From contig MU008235.1 in assembly GCA_010909165.1 (NCBI GenBank), forward strand, positions 1 to 64,000: DNA of 64,000 nucleotides, read 5' to 3'. The translations under genes were made by a program, and so were the position numbers. The notes under the pieces are model-generated. The model did not search any database and was not told the DNA's origin. It was given only the letters and a program-made list of their open reading frames with translations. Below, one piece after another: positions 50,201 to 62,200 of this stretch; position 1 is the stretch's first letter; every line of letters starts with the position of its first letter. This DNA comes from Anthoceros angustus. Taxonomy: Eukaryota > Plantae > Anthocerotophyta.

Positions 50201-52493
50201 TTTTGTCGTATCGATAATATCGATTACAACATACTTCTCCAACCAATTGAAGTTGAATGCGAGACAAGCTAGATGGCGTGATTCCTAGCTATGTATGATG
50301 TGACTCTAAAATATAAACTGGAAAGGAGAATAAGGTTGCGGCGTCGCAAAGCAGTCAAGGGAAGGCAATGGCAAGTGTGATTGAGCTGTGGATACTCACA
50401 AAGAGATTAAGGAAGCTTATCGCAAGATCCTGAAGAATCGGATGAATGGGGTGGCGAGAAGGAAGCAAGTTCAACTTAGAGATGGTTTGTTGATATACAA
50501 ATGTAAGAGAGTTGTGATTCCTAACTCAGGCTTGAAGAAGAAGTTACTTCGAATGTCATGATGTGCCAAGTCTGGTCACCGTGGAGGTGATTCAACTTAT
50601 GAGAAGTTGAAGAAGGCATTTCTTGGCGAGGAATGTATCAAGATACATTAGACTATGTCAAGGCATGTCTTTTGTCGGAGGATAAGGTAGAAACAGGCTA
50701 AACCAAGAGGTTTGTTACCTACCTATTCCAAGAGGGCCATGGAAAAGTATTTCTATGGACTTCATCATGCCTTTGCCTCCCGATAATGGTTATCACTATC
50801 ATGACGGTGGATATAGGTTCACCGAGCAAGCGCACTTCATCCCACCAAGAAGCGGTGGCGCTTAGGCATAACTTGTTCAAGAAGTATGTGTACAAGTATC
50901 ATGGCTTGCGTCAGTTAATGAGTGATAGAGATCCAAGATTCACGGAGAATTTTGGCAACACTTGATGAGAAGTTTGAATGTGCGATTATGCATGAGTACG
51001 CATACCATCCGGATCTTGATGGGCTAACAGGCGAGTCAACCGAATCCAAGAAGAATACTTGAGGCACTATGTGCGATTGATCGAGAGATTGGGCTGATCA
51101 TCTTGATGATGCGGAGTTTTGTTACAATAACCATACATAGCTCCTGGGATATAGTCCCTTTGAGATGAGTGGAACTCTACGGATGTAGTATCCATGCTAA
51201 ATCTGAAGTTTTCGATACTACCACGGAGATCCACGCCAATTTGTTGAGCTTGAAGGCTAGGCATGAGATTGCCAAAAGATATTAGCCAAGGCTCAAACGC
51301 GTCAAAGAGATATCTTGATAAGCACGGAGAAAGCTGTCTTCAATGTTGGGGATAAGGTTTGGGTGAAATTGAAGCATTTCACACTTCAAGGTTTGTCTCT
51401 AAAGTTGAGGCCAAAGTATGGAGGTCCTTATGTTGTCTGAGCGCATTGGAGAAGTCGCTTATAAGTTGGACTTACTGTTGGATTTTTGCACACAATGTGT
51501 TTCATGTATCAATGCTGAAGCCATTTGTGCCAGGCAAAGAGAAAGAGGACATGGACAGGAAGAAGTACAGTATCCTCGTGCAGCATGATCAAGGACTGCG
51601 GGAGATTGAAGAATTCCTTGCAAAAGGTAGCGTGGCTACAAGACGTGGAACTCTACCACAATACATGGTAAAGTTACGTGGGATCTCAATACCAGTTTGG
51701 GTAACACTAGAGGATATCCGGAAAGGCTCTTGGATGATTGCTCTTACCTTGGTTATCACGAGGCGTGATTCTTCCTAGTGGGGAGGAAGTAACAAAGTGG
51801 CTTGAGTGCTTTGCAAGAAAGCTCCATGCGAGGCATGTTTAGAAGAGCAGCTTACTAAGAGCATGTTAAGCATGCAGCCCTAGGAAGTGTGATAGTAAAT
51901 AATAGCTTAAAGCTTAAGTAAGTAGTTACTAAGATTGTAGCTAGGGCTTGAGTATAAAAGGAGATTTCGCCCTGGGCTAAAGACAATTTAGTTCAGCCTT
52001 GAGAGCACTTGATGCTTGGGCTGTGCCTTGAGAGCACTTGTTGCTTTGGCTGTGCCTTGAGAGCACTTGATGCTTGGGCTATGCCTTGAGAGCACTTGTT
52101 GCTTGGGTTGTGCCTTGAGAGCACTTGTTGCTTGGGCTGTGCCTTGAGAGCACTTGATGCTTGGGCTATGCCTTGAGAGCACTTGTTGCTTGGGCTGTAA
52201 GCACCTAAGGGGAGTGTTGTGAAGGAGCTTTGTGGAGGAGGTCAAGTGGAGGGAGAGCTAAGCTCCTAGCTTAGGCAAAGATGGGGAGTTCTCTCGAGCC
52301 CTCCAGCTCTGTATGTTCTTGTTGACTCGTGGTTTGAGAATAAAGAGCAGCGGCAAGGGTGCTGTCTGCGAGTCCTCCTAGAAGAGGAGGGCGAGGTACT
52401 TGGAGGCCTAGTGCTAGGTCTGGTGTTGATTTATTACCTTGGTTTTTGCTTCTAAGTACGTGGTTTTCCCCACCCCGTTGAGGGGGTGTTATT
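47264..52493 (+). mobile_element. Ty3/gypsy chromovirus-type LTR retrotransposon, near full length (LTRs 47264-47830 and 51788-52493)
   Basis: Paired LTRs, PBS tggtatc(a)gagc at 47833, PPT before 51788, candidate TSD tttac. gag LEDYALTWWR and KLHKFINGLK, CYSC..GHFARNC; protease LLDSAATHNFI; [23 protein letters not shown]; RNase H YCDASDMAIGGVL; integrase PWKSISMDFI; chromodomain-like EIEEFLA..QYMVKLRG..WV. Confidence 0.95.
51996..52198. repeat. ~27-bp tandem array inside the LTR (~7-8 units in the 3' LTR, ~4 units at 47463-47572 in the 5' LTR)
   Basis: Unit gccttgagagcacttg(a/t)tgcttgggct(g/a)t. Confidence 0.9.
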
Positions 52494-54827
52494 TTTACGG
52501 TAAATTGATACCCATCACTGGGAATTTATTATATATACGTCTGAGATTGTTTTTTAGTATAAATAATATGATACATTAATAAGAACAACAAGATCCTGAC
52601 TTAACAGTTTAAGAATAGAAATTGAAATTGGTAACCCAAAAGACTAAGCTGCAATCTAAATATAATAATATAGACCATACAGACTAGGGAGGTAAAAATA
52701 CCGGACGAAAAGTAAGGCACTCCCACCAAGAAGGTAGAAGTTACCCTAATTTAACTTATACTTTAGGAATTCGGACACAGTTTCAACAACTCTTCAACAA
52801 TAGGATCATAATTTTCATCCAATAACAGTTGAAAGTGATGAATCGCATGTTTGAGATGAAGTTGATGAAGGTCTCACTTAATGAAGGTCTCGATTAGAAC
52901 GTCATCTCACGAGCCAAACCTCAAGGTACCACTCATAAGCAAGAGGTTTTTTACGGAACATTGCATGGTAACTAGATTTTTGAGGAAGTTCATCAAAGTT
53001 GTGAAAAGTTGTATTTCACGAAACACGAATTGGATAAATCTCAACTCCTTTATATCTTTATGCTTATGATATAGCAAGCATAAAGTTAAAAAGATTAATG
53101 TACATATAATTGAAATTATCTTGAATATGCTTCTAGCAAAGCCTTTGAAGAGTAATGGACACACGTATTACAAAAACCAATGAAAAAAAAGTTACCTTAC
53201 ATGAGAGTGATGTGCCATGGGATTGATAGTGTTTTACCTTGTGTCTCCTCCTAAGGTACGATGTCCTATCTTCTTCCACTATCTGAGTACATTTTTATTT
53301 TACTTCCTTTTTCCTCAAAGCAATACCGTGGTTGATATATCTATTCAATAGAAAATATTTTTTTTTACTTTTGCCTTATAATATGGATATTATCTGGGCC
53401 CATGCCATAATTTTAAAAATCTATGTGCTTGAAAATTGTGTGTGTGTAGTTAAGTATTATATATGTAAATATAAATAAATAGATAATTTTAGAAATTAAT
53501 TTTACTTTGCGTAATAGCTTGCACCCAAACGAAATAATCAAATTAGACAGCGTGACATCTAATAGCCACATCAACCATCAACGGTAACAACTTCATTAAC
53601 CTCAAGCCATAACATTCCTAAGATGACATCATACTTTTTATTTTAGAGGGTGATAAAAAAACGAAGAGACTCTTTCTATGGTCCGATACAAAGATTTATC
53701 GAGGTACTCAAGTAAGTTCTTATGATACTCTATTCTAATGGGTCGAATACCCTATATCATATTTTTGTGAAAAACTTTGGAAAAGCTTGCATGTTGTGGT
53801 GAAGGAAGAATGGACTCTCATATCCATGCAGACCTTGACTTAAGAAAAAATGTACTCATACATTAGGACAAAGCTTCCAAACAAGGAAGTATAAATTGTG
53901 AGAAGTGTATTCAATTATGCGAATATCTAGATCCATTTGTTGAAAGATCTTGTAAATTATATTTTTTATTATAATTTTGATGATCAAGATAAGATAAATT
54001 TAATATAAAAGTTCACACATACCTAGATTTGAAGATTGAATGATTGACTGCATACTTAGGAGAATAATATCTATAAAGAATAAAATATTGTAGGTATGGA
54101 GAGTAGTGTATAGACGAAAGTTGAAACCCGAATCACCTCTATCTCTATGATACAGGAGTGCAAGGCGGCCCGGCCCCCGGGGGCCCCTTCCATGAAATTG
54201 AGCTGCAGTGGCTTAAAACCGAAACCCTACGAAGGGGGGGATCTGACCCCATTTCACTTGGTGGCATTGCGTTGCATCTCATCGCAATGCTTTGTATGGG
54301 AGCGGGTTGGAGCGAGGTGGAGGTGGCTACACACTGTTGTGGCGCGACGTGAGGCGCGGCGAGTCGAGCTCCTGTCATGTCATATTTGAATGTATGTGGC
54401 CCAGGACAAGGACAAGGACCAAGGAGCTTCAGTAGCTCATCTCCGCAGCCGCAGCCGCAGCCGCATCCGCATCCCTCATTAGTGGCTGCTGAAGCATTTT
54501 GGTGGTGGGCAATCCGGCTCTCAGTCCACCTGTTGAGCGCTGCAGATGCATTTCGGGTGAGATCTGGTCGTGATGCGGCGCCCCAAGGCGTGCACAAGCA
54601 GCTGCCGGACCACATCTGTCGCGGACTTGAGCCCAGCAGTGAGAAGGTGCTGCCGGCTCCCATCTGACAGGCGTGCTGCAACAGGCTCCTGCACGGGCCC
54701 CGAGATTTCCCTCAAGATCTTGTAGCTGGTGGATGGTAGCTTTCCGCTCCGGGTGGGTAGACGCGTCTGCTCTGTTCTGCTCTTGTTTTAGTGACTAGCC
54801 CGCTCTTGCTTGGCGCTCAGAGGACCT

Positions 54828-56318
54828 ATGGCAGCGTCGGATTCCAGCTCCGTTCTTGGCATCGATGACCTACCGGCGAACAAGGTTTGCAATTGCCGGC
54901 TGCCGTGGCTGTCACGTGGACCAAGTCTGCCCTCCCTTAATTCGGGGAGCGCGTCCCAACAAATTGGCCAGCATACGAGTGGCAAGAGTTCCGGATCATG
55001 GGGCTTGTCCGGTGTGGGTAGGGCGTTCATAAGCAGGAGGAGACTGCGCTTGGATCCCGACAAGAAGTTATTCTTTCTGTGTGAGTTGCGGGGTCCTTGC
55101 TTTGTGATTCATCCTTAGTCTGCGTCAGGCTTAGTTTGCTTGGCTTTCAGGCTTCATGAATAACTTGGTCTGAACGTTATGAACTCTTGTTGGGAACTCT
55201 TTGTAGATGAACCCGGCAAACAGGTGTCCAGCGCTGTGAAGATAAAGAATGTCAGTAACAGCTACGTTGCATTCAAGGCAAGTTGACTTTGCACTTCGAT
55301 GTTATGGACATTGACGTTGTACGCTAGGCATGAGATGGATTTTTTACGGACCAGTTTATAATTCCAGTTTCAAACAACTGCGCCCAAGAGCTGTTTTATG
55401 AGGCCACCGGGGGGGGTGCTACCACCTAATGCCTCCATCATTGCCACGGGTGAGTGACTCGTCACCTTTCCTTGTTTCTTTTGCTATTTTGCGGGTAGAA
55501 TGCCCTATGGGCATAGTGTGCATGTGAGCCTAAATTGGTTTCTACGCATCTCTCACGTGATGTCTTCCGTAAACTTCAGTTGTGAAGTTTGTAGAGCAGC
55601 CTGAACGGCCACATGACAAGAAACCGAAGGACAAGTTCAAGATTGTGAGCCTGTCTGTTAGGGAGGGCACAGAGTTCACTCCAGAGATGGTAAGACCGTT
55701 TTGCACTTGCGCGGTGCTTCTTTGGTGTTTCCAGAAAATGTCTTGAGAGAACTGGACCGAGTATTCTGTTTGCTTTGCTGCATTTGCTTGCTAATATCCC
55801 GCTTGGATCTTTTTAAACAGTTTGAGGAACAAAATGATGGTGTGGTGGTCGAGCAAATTTTGCGGGTTGTTTACATCGATCCCCAAAGGGCTGCCCCAGT
55901 ACGTCCAGTGTCATTTGTGGATTGTTTGTCCAAGTTCAGCGAAGCAAGCGTATCCTGCAGTATCGTCCAAATTCTGTTCGTGCGCAAAGCTCACGTTTTG
56001 CTGTGTCGTTTGAGATAGGAAGAGATCGACAAGCTGAAAAAGCGGTTAGCTGAAGCGGAGGCCGCGAAGGAAGCCTTGAAGAAACCGCAAGAGAATAAGG
56101 CACCTAAACAGGAAGGATACGTCATTGATGAATGGGTCAGTTGTCGCGTTATTGCCTTGGATAGAGCTCGCATGCGCATGATTTGCTCGGTGATACATAC
56201 TGGGAGGTTCTTTCTCATGTAGGTAAAAGGTTCTTCTTCTGTTGCCTGTTTGCAGAAGGAGCGGCGGGAGAAATATTTAGCTAGACAGCAGGTGGAAGGA
56301 GGCTCAGAATCGACTTGA
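54828..56318 (+). CDS. Vesicle-associated protein VAP4-type (MSP domain, MAMI/PVA4-like), 7 exons
   Basis: RRRLRLDPDKKLFFL|EPGKQVSSAVKIKNVSNSYVAFK|FQTTAPKSCFMRPPGG..|..KDKFKIVSL..|FEEQND.VVVEQILRVVYIDP|..KLKKRLAEAEAA..VIDEW|KERREKYLARQQVEG*. Confidence 0.93.
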
Positions 56319-56892
56319 CTTGAGCGATCTTCATTAGGCGTTGGGTGTTTTCTTAACTCGTCCCGAACGGAAAGGACGCTGGCCCGATTCAGCGATTCAG
56401 CTTGACCCTTCTCTGCCGCGTGCAACACTGAACGTTACGCATTGGGGTCAATGTAGAACTCAAGCCCGGTTGAACCTTTAAAGTAAGATTCTCCCTAAAG
56501 TTCGCATTTGGACGGATTCAGCCTTATCGTCACAATTGTACAGATTTTAGCAGACCTTATGTACGCAAAGCACGTTTTTACTGGTTGTATGTGAATACGT
56601 AACTCCTTGATGTCGTCTGCCAGGGACTTGCATAACGGGTTGTAGGTATGTGCTTTAAGGTCAATATGTACGTGTAGGTTGATATATAGAAATATGTATA
56701 TGTTTGTGGAGTAGTTAGGTCTACTAGATATTTGTGCTTAATTGTATACAAGTGTACCGAAATATGTACTTACCTCATTAGTCGAGCGGATAATTATTGG
56801 GATGGCGCCTAACTTGGATGGTGTAGGATAATTGTCCCAATAGGAATCGAGGTATTACTAGCCATGATGCTATTTATGATGTTATGTTTGCG

Positions 56893-57014
56893 ATGGCTTG
56901 TGAAATTACTTATATAGCTTGCAATGGCTCGTGAAAGTGGTTATATAGCTTGCAAATAGCTCATGAAAGTGGTTATATAGCTTGCAAATGGCTCGTGAAA
57001 GTGGTTATATAGTT
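56893..57014. repeat. ~32-bp tandem repeat x4
   Basis: atggctcgtgaaagtggttatatagcttgcaa units. Confidence 0.85.
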
Positions 57015-57101
57015 TGGATGGAGCATTGGTATGTTTTACAGATAAGTCAGTCAATTTGGGCCTGACTTATACTGCCTATAGGGTGACTAAACTAAATCTC
57101 C

Positions 57102-57430
57102 ATGGTAGATGTGGTGATTATTGACCTTACACAAGAATATACCTCTGACCAGGTTATCCTAAACAATCCATGTTGGGCAGTAGTTGCAGTGGCAGCTTCC
57201 AAGGTTACTAAGTATAGGGAATGCAAGCATACCATGTCTTCATCCTGCTTGCCTTGGAGACTTATGGGGCATTGCCTAAAGACTTTGATAAATTTACCAA
57301 GGCCTATGCCAAAGCATACCATGTAAGGACATATGGAGTGGAGCTACCTCTCTCCTATTTCACAGCGTTCTTTTGGTAGCGGGTGTCCATTGTCCTCATA
57401 ACAACACTTGCAGGGGCTATCTTACAAACC
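57102..57430 (+). mobile_element. 3' fragment of a CRE-like non-LTR retrotransposon (restriction-like endonuclease), copy 2
   Basis: VDVVIIDLTQ..VILNNPCWA..SKVTKY, then after a frameshift LALETYGALPKDFDKFTKAYAKAYH..GVELPLSYFTAFF*RVSIVL. Colinear with the 57771-58337 ORF. Confidence 0.72.
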
Positions 57431-57770
57431 CTGATGCATCCTCAATAATATATATTGTTCAATAATATGTAGACCATTCAATCTCCCCAATTATGACATT
57501 GGAGGCACTGTAAGTGACTTTAAACGTAGACCTTAGTTGCTCCTCTTTCTTCATTGTATCCTTGGGGTCTCATTCAACCCATAACGATGGGTCATGGATA
57601 CTTCATGTAAAAAAAAGAGATTGGAAATCCCATCTACCCCAAGAAAAAGGGGGAACAACCCTTAGAAGGGCATCATGCCAAGGGGGACTAGCCCCCGCGA
57701 TCACTCGTCTTGAAACTACCTACTGCTTGAAGAATTTTGTGGTTCGGGATGTGAAAAGGCCTGCCTACCA

Positions 57771-58923
57771 CTAGTGCCGAAGATGTCGCATCACTTGCGC
57801 TTGCCGCCGTCCTGTACACTGCGTTCGCCAAAGCCCTTTTAGACCAATGGACACTCGTTGCTTGAAGAAAGCCACAATACAAGAAAGGGGGAGACCAATC
57901 CCATTCTTACAAGAGTGGTAAGCCTTGGCATGTGCCTCGACGAACCTATAGAAGTCCTTGCCTATAGCCCCGTGAGTCTCGATGGCAAGCGGGATGAAGC
58001 CGTGGTCATCCAGCATGGGAGAGTAGTTGTGGATCTTCATAATCACGCATCCCTCTGTCGCCCACTCCGGGGGGTTGAGGATAACATGCTCATAGACATT
58101 GTCTCGGGTAGGGTCTATTACGGTAACAGCTATATCAGCAACACAAACTTGGTCCCCCCGAGTCAAAAACATATTAGCCCTGAGAGAAACGTCATTGAGC
58201 TCAGTATATGGGCGCTCTCTATAGGGAAAGAACCCTCTAGCGCTCTCCTTAGCCATCGAGAACATCTTGGATAGCGTCATGCGTAGCAATGCGCTAGACA
58301 GCGAGTTGTGGCGCAGAGTCGTCGAGGGGGGCCCCATAGCTGCATGTTGAGAGAGAGCAGGCCAGAGGTCGAACCAAACCTAGACGGAACCTCCTCCCTT
58401 CCTCGAGTAAGAGCGGAGGCGAGCTCGAGTGGGCTTGGGGATGGAGGAGTCTAGTAGAAGGGCTAGGTGCGCTTGCCCATAATGCTTTCCAGGAGGGATG
58501 CTTGAAGCCCTCGCAAACAACCTTGGCATGGCGAGAATAAAGATCCCTTAGCCGATCTTAAGAACGCATGCAAGAGGAAAACTCCCACCTTAACGCTCGA
58601 GATGAAGGCTTCCAAGATGAGGGAATCACGGATTAAGAAACGGGAGGCCAGGATGGAGGCAAAGAGGACTTAGCTCCCTGAAAAAGCAGCTGCTGCAAAG
58701 GCCTCCGTGACCAGCACACCAATGCCCCCAAAAGCGACATGAACACCTACCACCTCGCCATATCCCCGGCAGTGCACTCGAAGGTGCCCAGGCTGATGAT
58801 ATTGCCCAACATCTGCATAATCTGTTTGTCAAGGCCCCTGAGGCTAGTCAAGAAAGCCGGGGAGGGAGGCACCATTTGGAGAAGGTACCCTGGCCGACGA
58901 GTAAAACAAGAAGAGAGGATACC
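57771..58923 (-). mobile_element. 3' part of a CRE-like (RLE-bearing) non-LTR retrotransposon, copy 1
   Basis: ARWQVFMSLLG, WASAPS..RFRLGL..TCS (partial zinc knuckle), RHN, ADI..IDP, K..NY, FIPLAIETHGAIG and QRVSIGL appear in the order typical of RLE C-termini. Cut at 58924 by LTR A. Confidence 0.8.
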
Positions 58924-59205
58924 TGTGGAGTGATTTTCTAAACCAAGTGGTCACAAAGAGGCCACATTTACCCTCTTTATCGTTGTAGACTTGAGATTCG
59001 TACCCAAGGGAGTGATTTCGTGTCAAGACAACCAAAACATAGCCAATCCAACCAAACACAGACACACCAAGCATCTAGCAGTTACAGACCAGGCTACTAT
59101 CCTAACAACACTCAGACCTGTGGCTATCTTAGCCACGCCTGACCCTAATCTCTAAACCTAAACCTAGGATAACTCACTGCATAAAGGGTTGCAACTCACA
59201 CAAAC
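58924..59205 (-). repeat. LTR family A, copy 3 (inverted, internally shortened, interrupted by LTR B)
   Basis: Reverse complement of 11530-11732 joined to 11235-11300. Confidence 0.85.
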
Positions 59206-62200
59206 TGTTGGGTTGGACTCTTATGGAGGAGACTTTTAGCCGACCCATCTAGGATTCAAGAGCTCACCAAGGAGGAGTACCAGGCTATGCTGCGAGCACA
59301 AGAGAGGGAGGAGTCCAGCTCTGGGAGGTGGAGATTTTGTGGGAGAGTTTGCCCAACCAGCCAAGAGGGAGGAGAGCAAGAGGAGAGCATGGGCCTAGGA
59401 GGCCTAGGAGAGATAATAGGGGTAAGTGACCCTGAAATAGTTGTAGGCCCATGTGCTATAGATAGACTGTAAATCTTATCTTCTCTCTTAGTGGGCCAAA
59501 TTAAGAGATAGGCCCCTAGGACTGTAGGCTAAGACGATTGGTATTTTGGCAAACGTTGCAAGCCAAGTGGGTGATCTTGGGTATAAGAAGGCCCTCTTGA
59601 TGAAATGTAGCAATGTTGGTTTAAGGTCTTGGTGTTTGGGTGAGCACGGGGTTTGGGGGTACTGGATCCAAGGTCTTGTAAGTCTAGACACTTCTTTGTC
59701 ACGTGAGAAGCCGAAGACCACCAAGCGTTTGCATCCGCAGCGATGCGCAAGGGTGGTGGAAAGCAAGTGGAGAGCGCCCCCTCGTTTAAGCCTACAACGA
59801 CATTGAGGGTGAATGTGGACCTCACGTGTGTCCCTAGATACAAATTCACACTCCACATTTTGGCGCCAGGCTGGAATGAAATCACAAGGACGTAGGGTGA
59901 ACTAACCATAGCCTAAGTAGAGAGTCTAGCATTACTAGATTGATAGATGGATGCCTCGGGAAGACAAGTGACTCGATCCGATTTGGGAAATGACAACGCC
60001 AAGCAGAAAGGTTGCAGAGTCACGAGGAGGGCGCAGGGGAGGCCACACCACTGGACGGAAGAGGAGAACAGGACAGGAATTGAGGCGATCGACTCAGATT
60101 CCCAACTCGCCACGAGGGTACAAGGCCTGTACCCCAACCCGACCTTTTCAATCTCCGCCCAGCGCTAGATCCCAAACCAAACTTGCGAGTGTGGAAGCAC
60201 CGAGGGAAGTTGTATCCCACCGCACAAGTTGAAAGTACTACCACTAGCTATGACTACTACTCCGTAGTTACCACTAAGCAACCCACCTGCTGTATGGAGA
60301 GAAGAAGGCCATGAGGATCCCGACGAGTTTGTTGCTTTGAGCACCGACGCCGCCAACCGTGAGGATGCAACGTGCCCAAATTGTCTATGGAGTCATGGAG
60401 CGGCCAAGTGGTACAAACGAGAGTATAGCTTCTTCCACACCCCACCACCTTTGGGGCCTCAAGAGGGCTTTTGTAAAGGTTTAGAGGAGTCGATGTGGAA
60501 GGATATGTCTTGTCCAAACTCGAGGGATTGCGGAGAGGGAAGAAGGAGACCCTGTTTATGTGGAAAGGTTCCACACGGATCGTGGCCGACCTCACTGAGT
60601 TAATGGCAACCGCTGGTTCGCAAGAGGTCCGGCCCGAGATGGGAAGCACGACGAGAAAGACTTGATCGGGATCAAGGCCGCCGAACTACGAGGAGTCCAA
60701 TGCAGTAGGGAAAAGAAATCAAGAAGGGATACGAGAGACAAGAAGAAATCCAAGAAGAAGAAGTACTACTCATCCTCCGGGCTGAGCCCACTGAGGAAGA
60801 TAGCTCCTCACAGACTCTGGATAGTTCCATGGAAGAAGAGACCAAATGATAGCTGAGGAAGATTCATGAGATGAGCGTCAAGGGAGAGAAAGAAGGAAAC
60901 GAAAAATGAGTGGGAACTAAGACGCCGCGCCAGAGGAAAGGAGCTGGTGTATGCAAAGAAGGACGCGGAGCAGGTGAGAAGAGAGGTGGAAACAGCAGCC
61001 AAAAAGGTGGAGCAACAGGGGAACAAGATGGAAGAAATGATGGCCAAACTGGAGAAACTTCATCTCAATGCCATAAAAGACCACGAGAGGAGAAGGGCTG
61101 CTACGGGGGCACGGGCGAATCTCTTCTGCTCAACTTGCGGACAGCAGGGGCACTCGAAGTCGAACTGTCCACAAACAAAGGTGCAACTGCTGGGCTACGA
61201 GGAGGATGAGGAGGAGATGTGCTTGGAAGATACATACCAAATTCAAGAGGCGACACCAATTTTTGGGTACCCGAAGACTTTATACCCCTCAAGTTTACGA
61301 AACTCCCCAAACATGGGTGTTCGCAATCAGATGGCAAGGAACCCCGGGCAAATGAGTGCCATTCGATTTACAATTGCCGAGGATTCGCATCTTAGTGCCC
61401 TCAACTCGCCAGAAATGGTGATTTTGAGAGGCTGTGTGTGGATTGCAAGCAATCGGGGCACGTGGTGGCGGTGTCCTCGATGAACATGTGAGGATTGCTC
61501 AACCTTCACCCACCCACCCATGGAGCAAAATCCGTTACGATGATGCGTCGAACGCTCATGGCGGTATGGGAGGATTCCGAGCGGAAATTTTGAGGATTGG
61601 AGGACATGGAGGGTACTATGAGGAGACCTGCCATGGCTTCGAGCGGAGCGAGAAGGACACCCTCGGAAGGGGGCAGGGAAGAAAGAAGGAAGGATTGGAA
61701 GCCTCCGTAACATCGAGTGAGGAGGAAGTCACGTCTTCATCGGGTGAAGGAAGGGGGGACCAAAGACCCCGAAGGGGTCGGGAGGGGCAGCAATCGGAGG
61801 TGGCGTGCGGGTCGGGGCATGGCGGCAGATGCACGCCACACTGCGATTTTGGCGTCACGATGACTTCCTCAGCAGTTGAGGGATGACGTGCAGAAAGGAG
61901 GGAGCCAGATGGGGGTAGAACTGGAATCGCGAGATCTGGCGAAAACCAGCGGCGAGAAAAAGGATGAGTTAGGGTTTCCGCGGATGTCGAAGGAAGTCAT
62001 GGAGATGATCCGAGAGGGCGGAGCGGAAACGACCACCACACCTCATCCCTCGGCCACAACCACTCAAGCCATCACACGGACACTGTGGAGCTACCGCGTT
62101 GTTGAAGCAGTGGGGGAGCGAGAACACGGTGAATGTCCTTTCAATCATGGCGGAGGCCATCATGGACCAAAAATTCATGATAACATTTGGACAGCTTCTC

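Noticed and set aside
51996-52198. 27-bp repeats as a CRISPR array
   Set aside because: No spacers, and the array lies inside an LTR.
52500-54140. AT-rich stretch as a Helitron or organellar insert
   Set aside because: No diagnostic termini or recognisable genes seen.
54145-54681. Minus-strand ORF with GCGCGCGCG, metallothionein-like
   Set aside because: The Cys run is the antisense reading of a (ccgcag)n microsatellite, with no other support.
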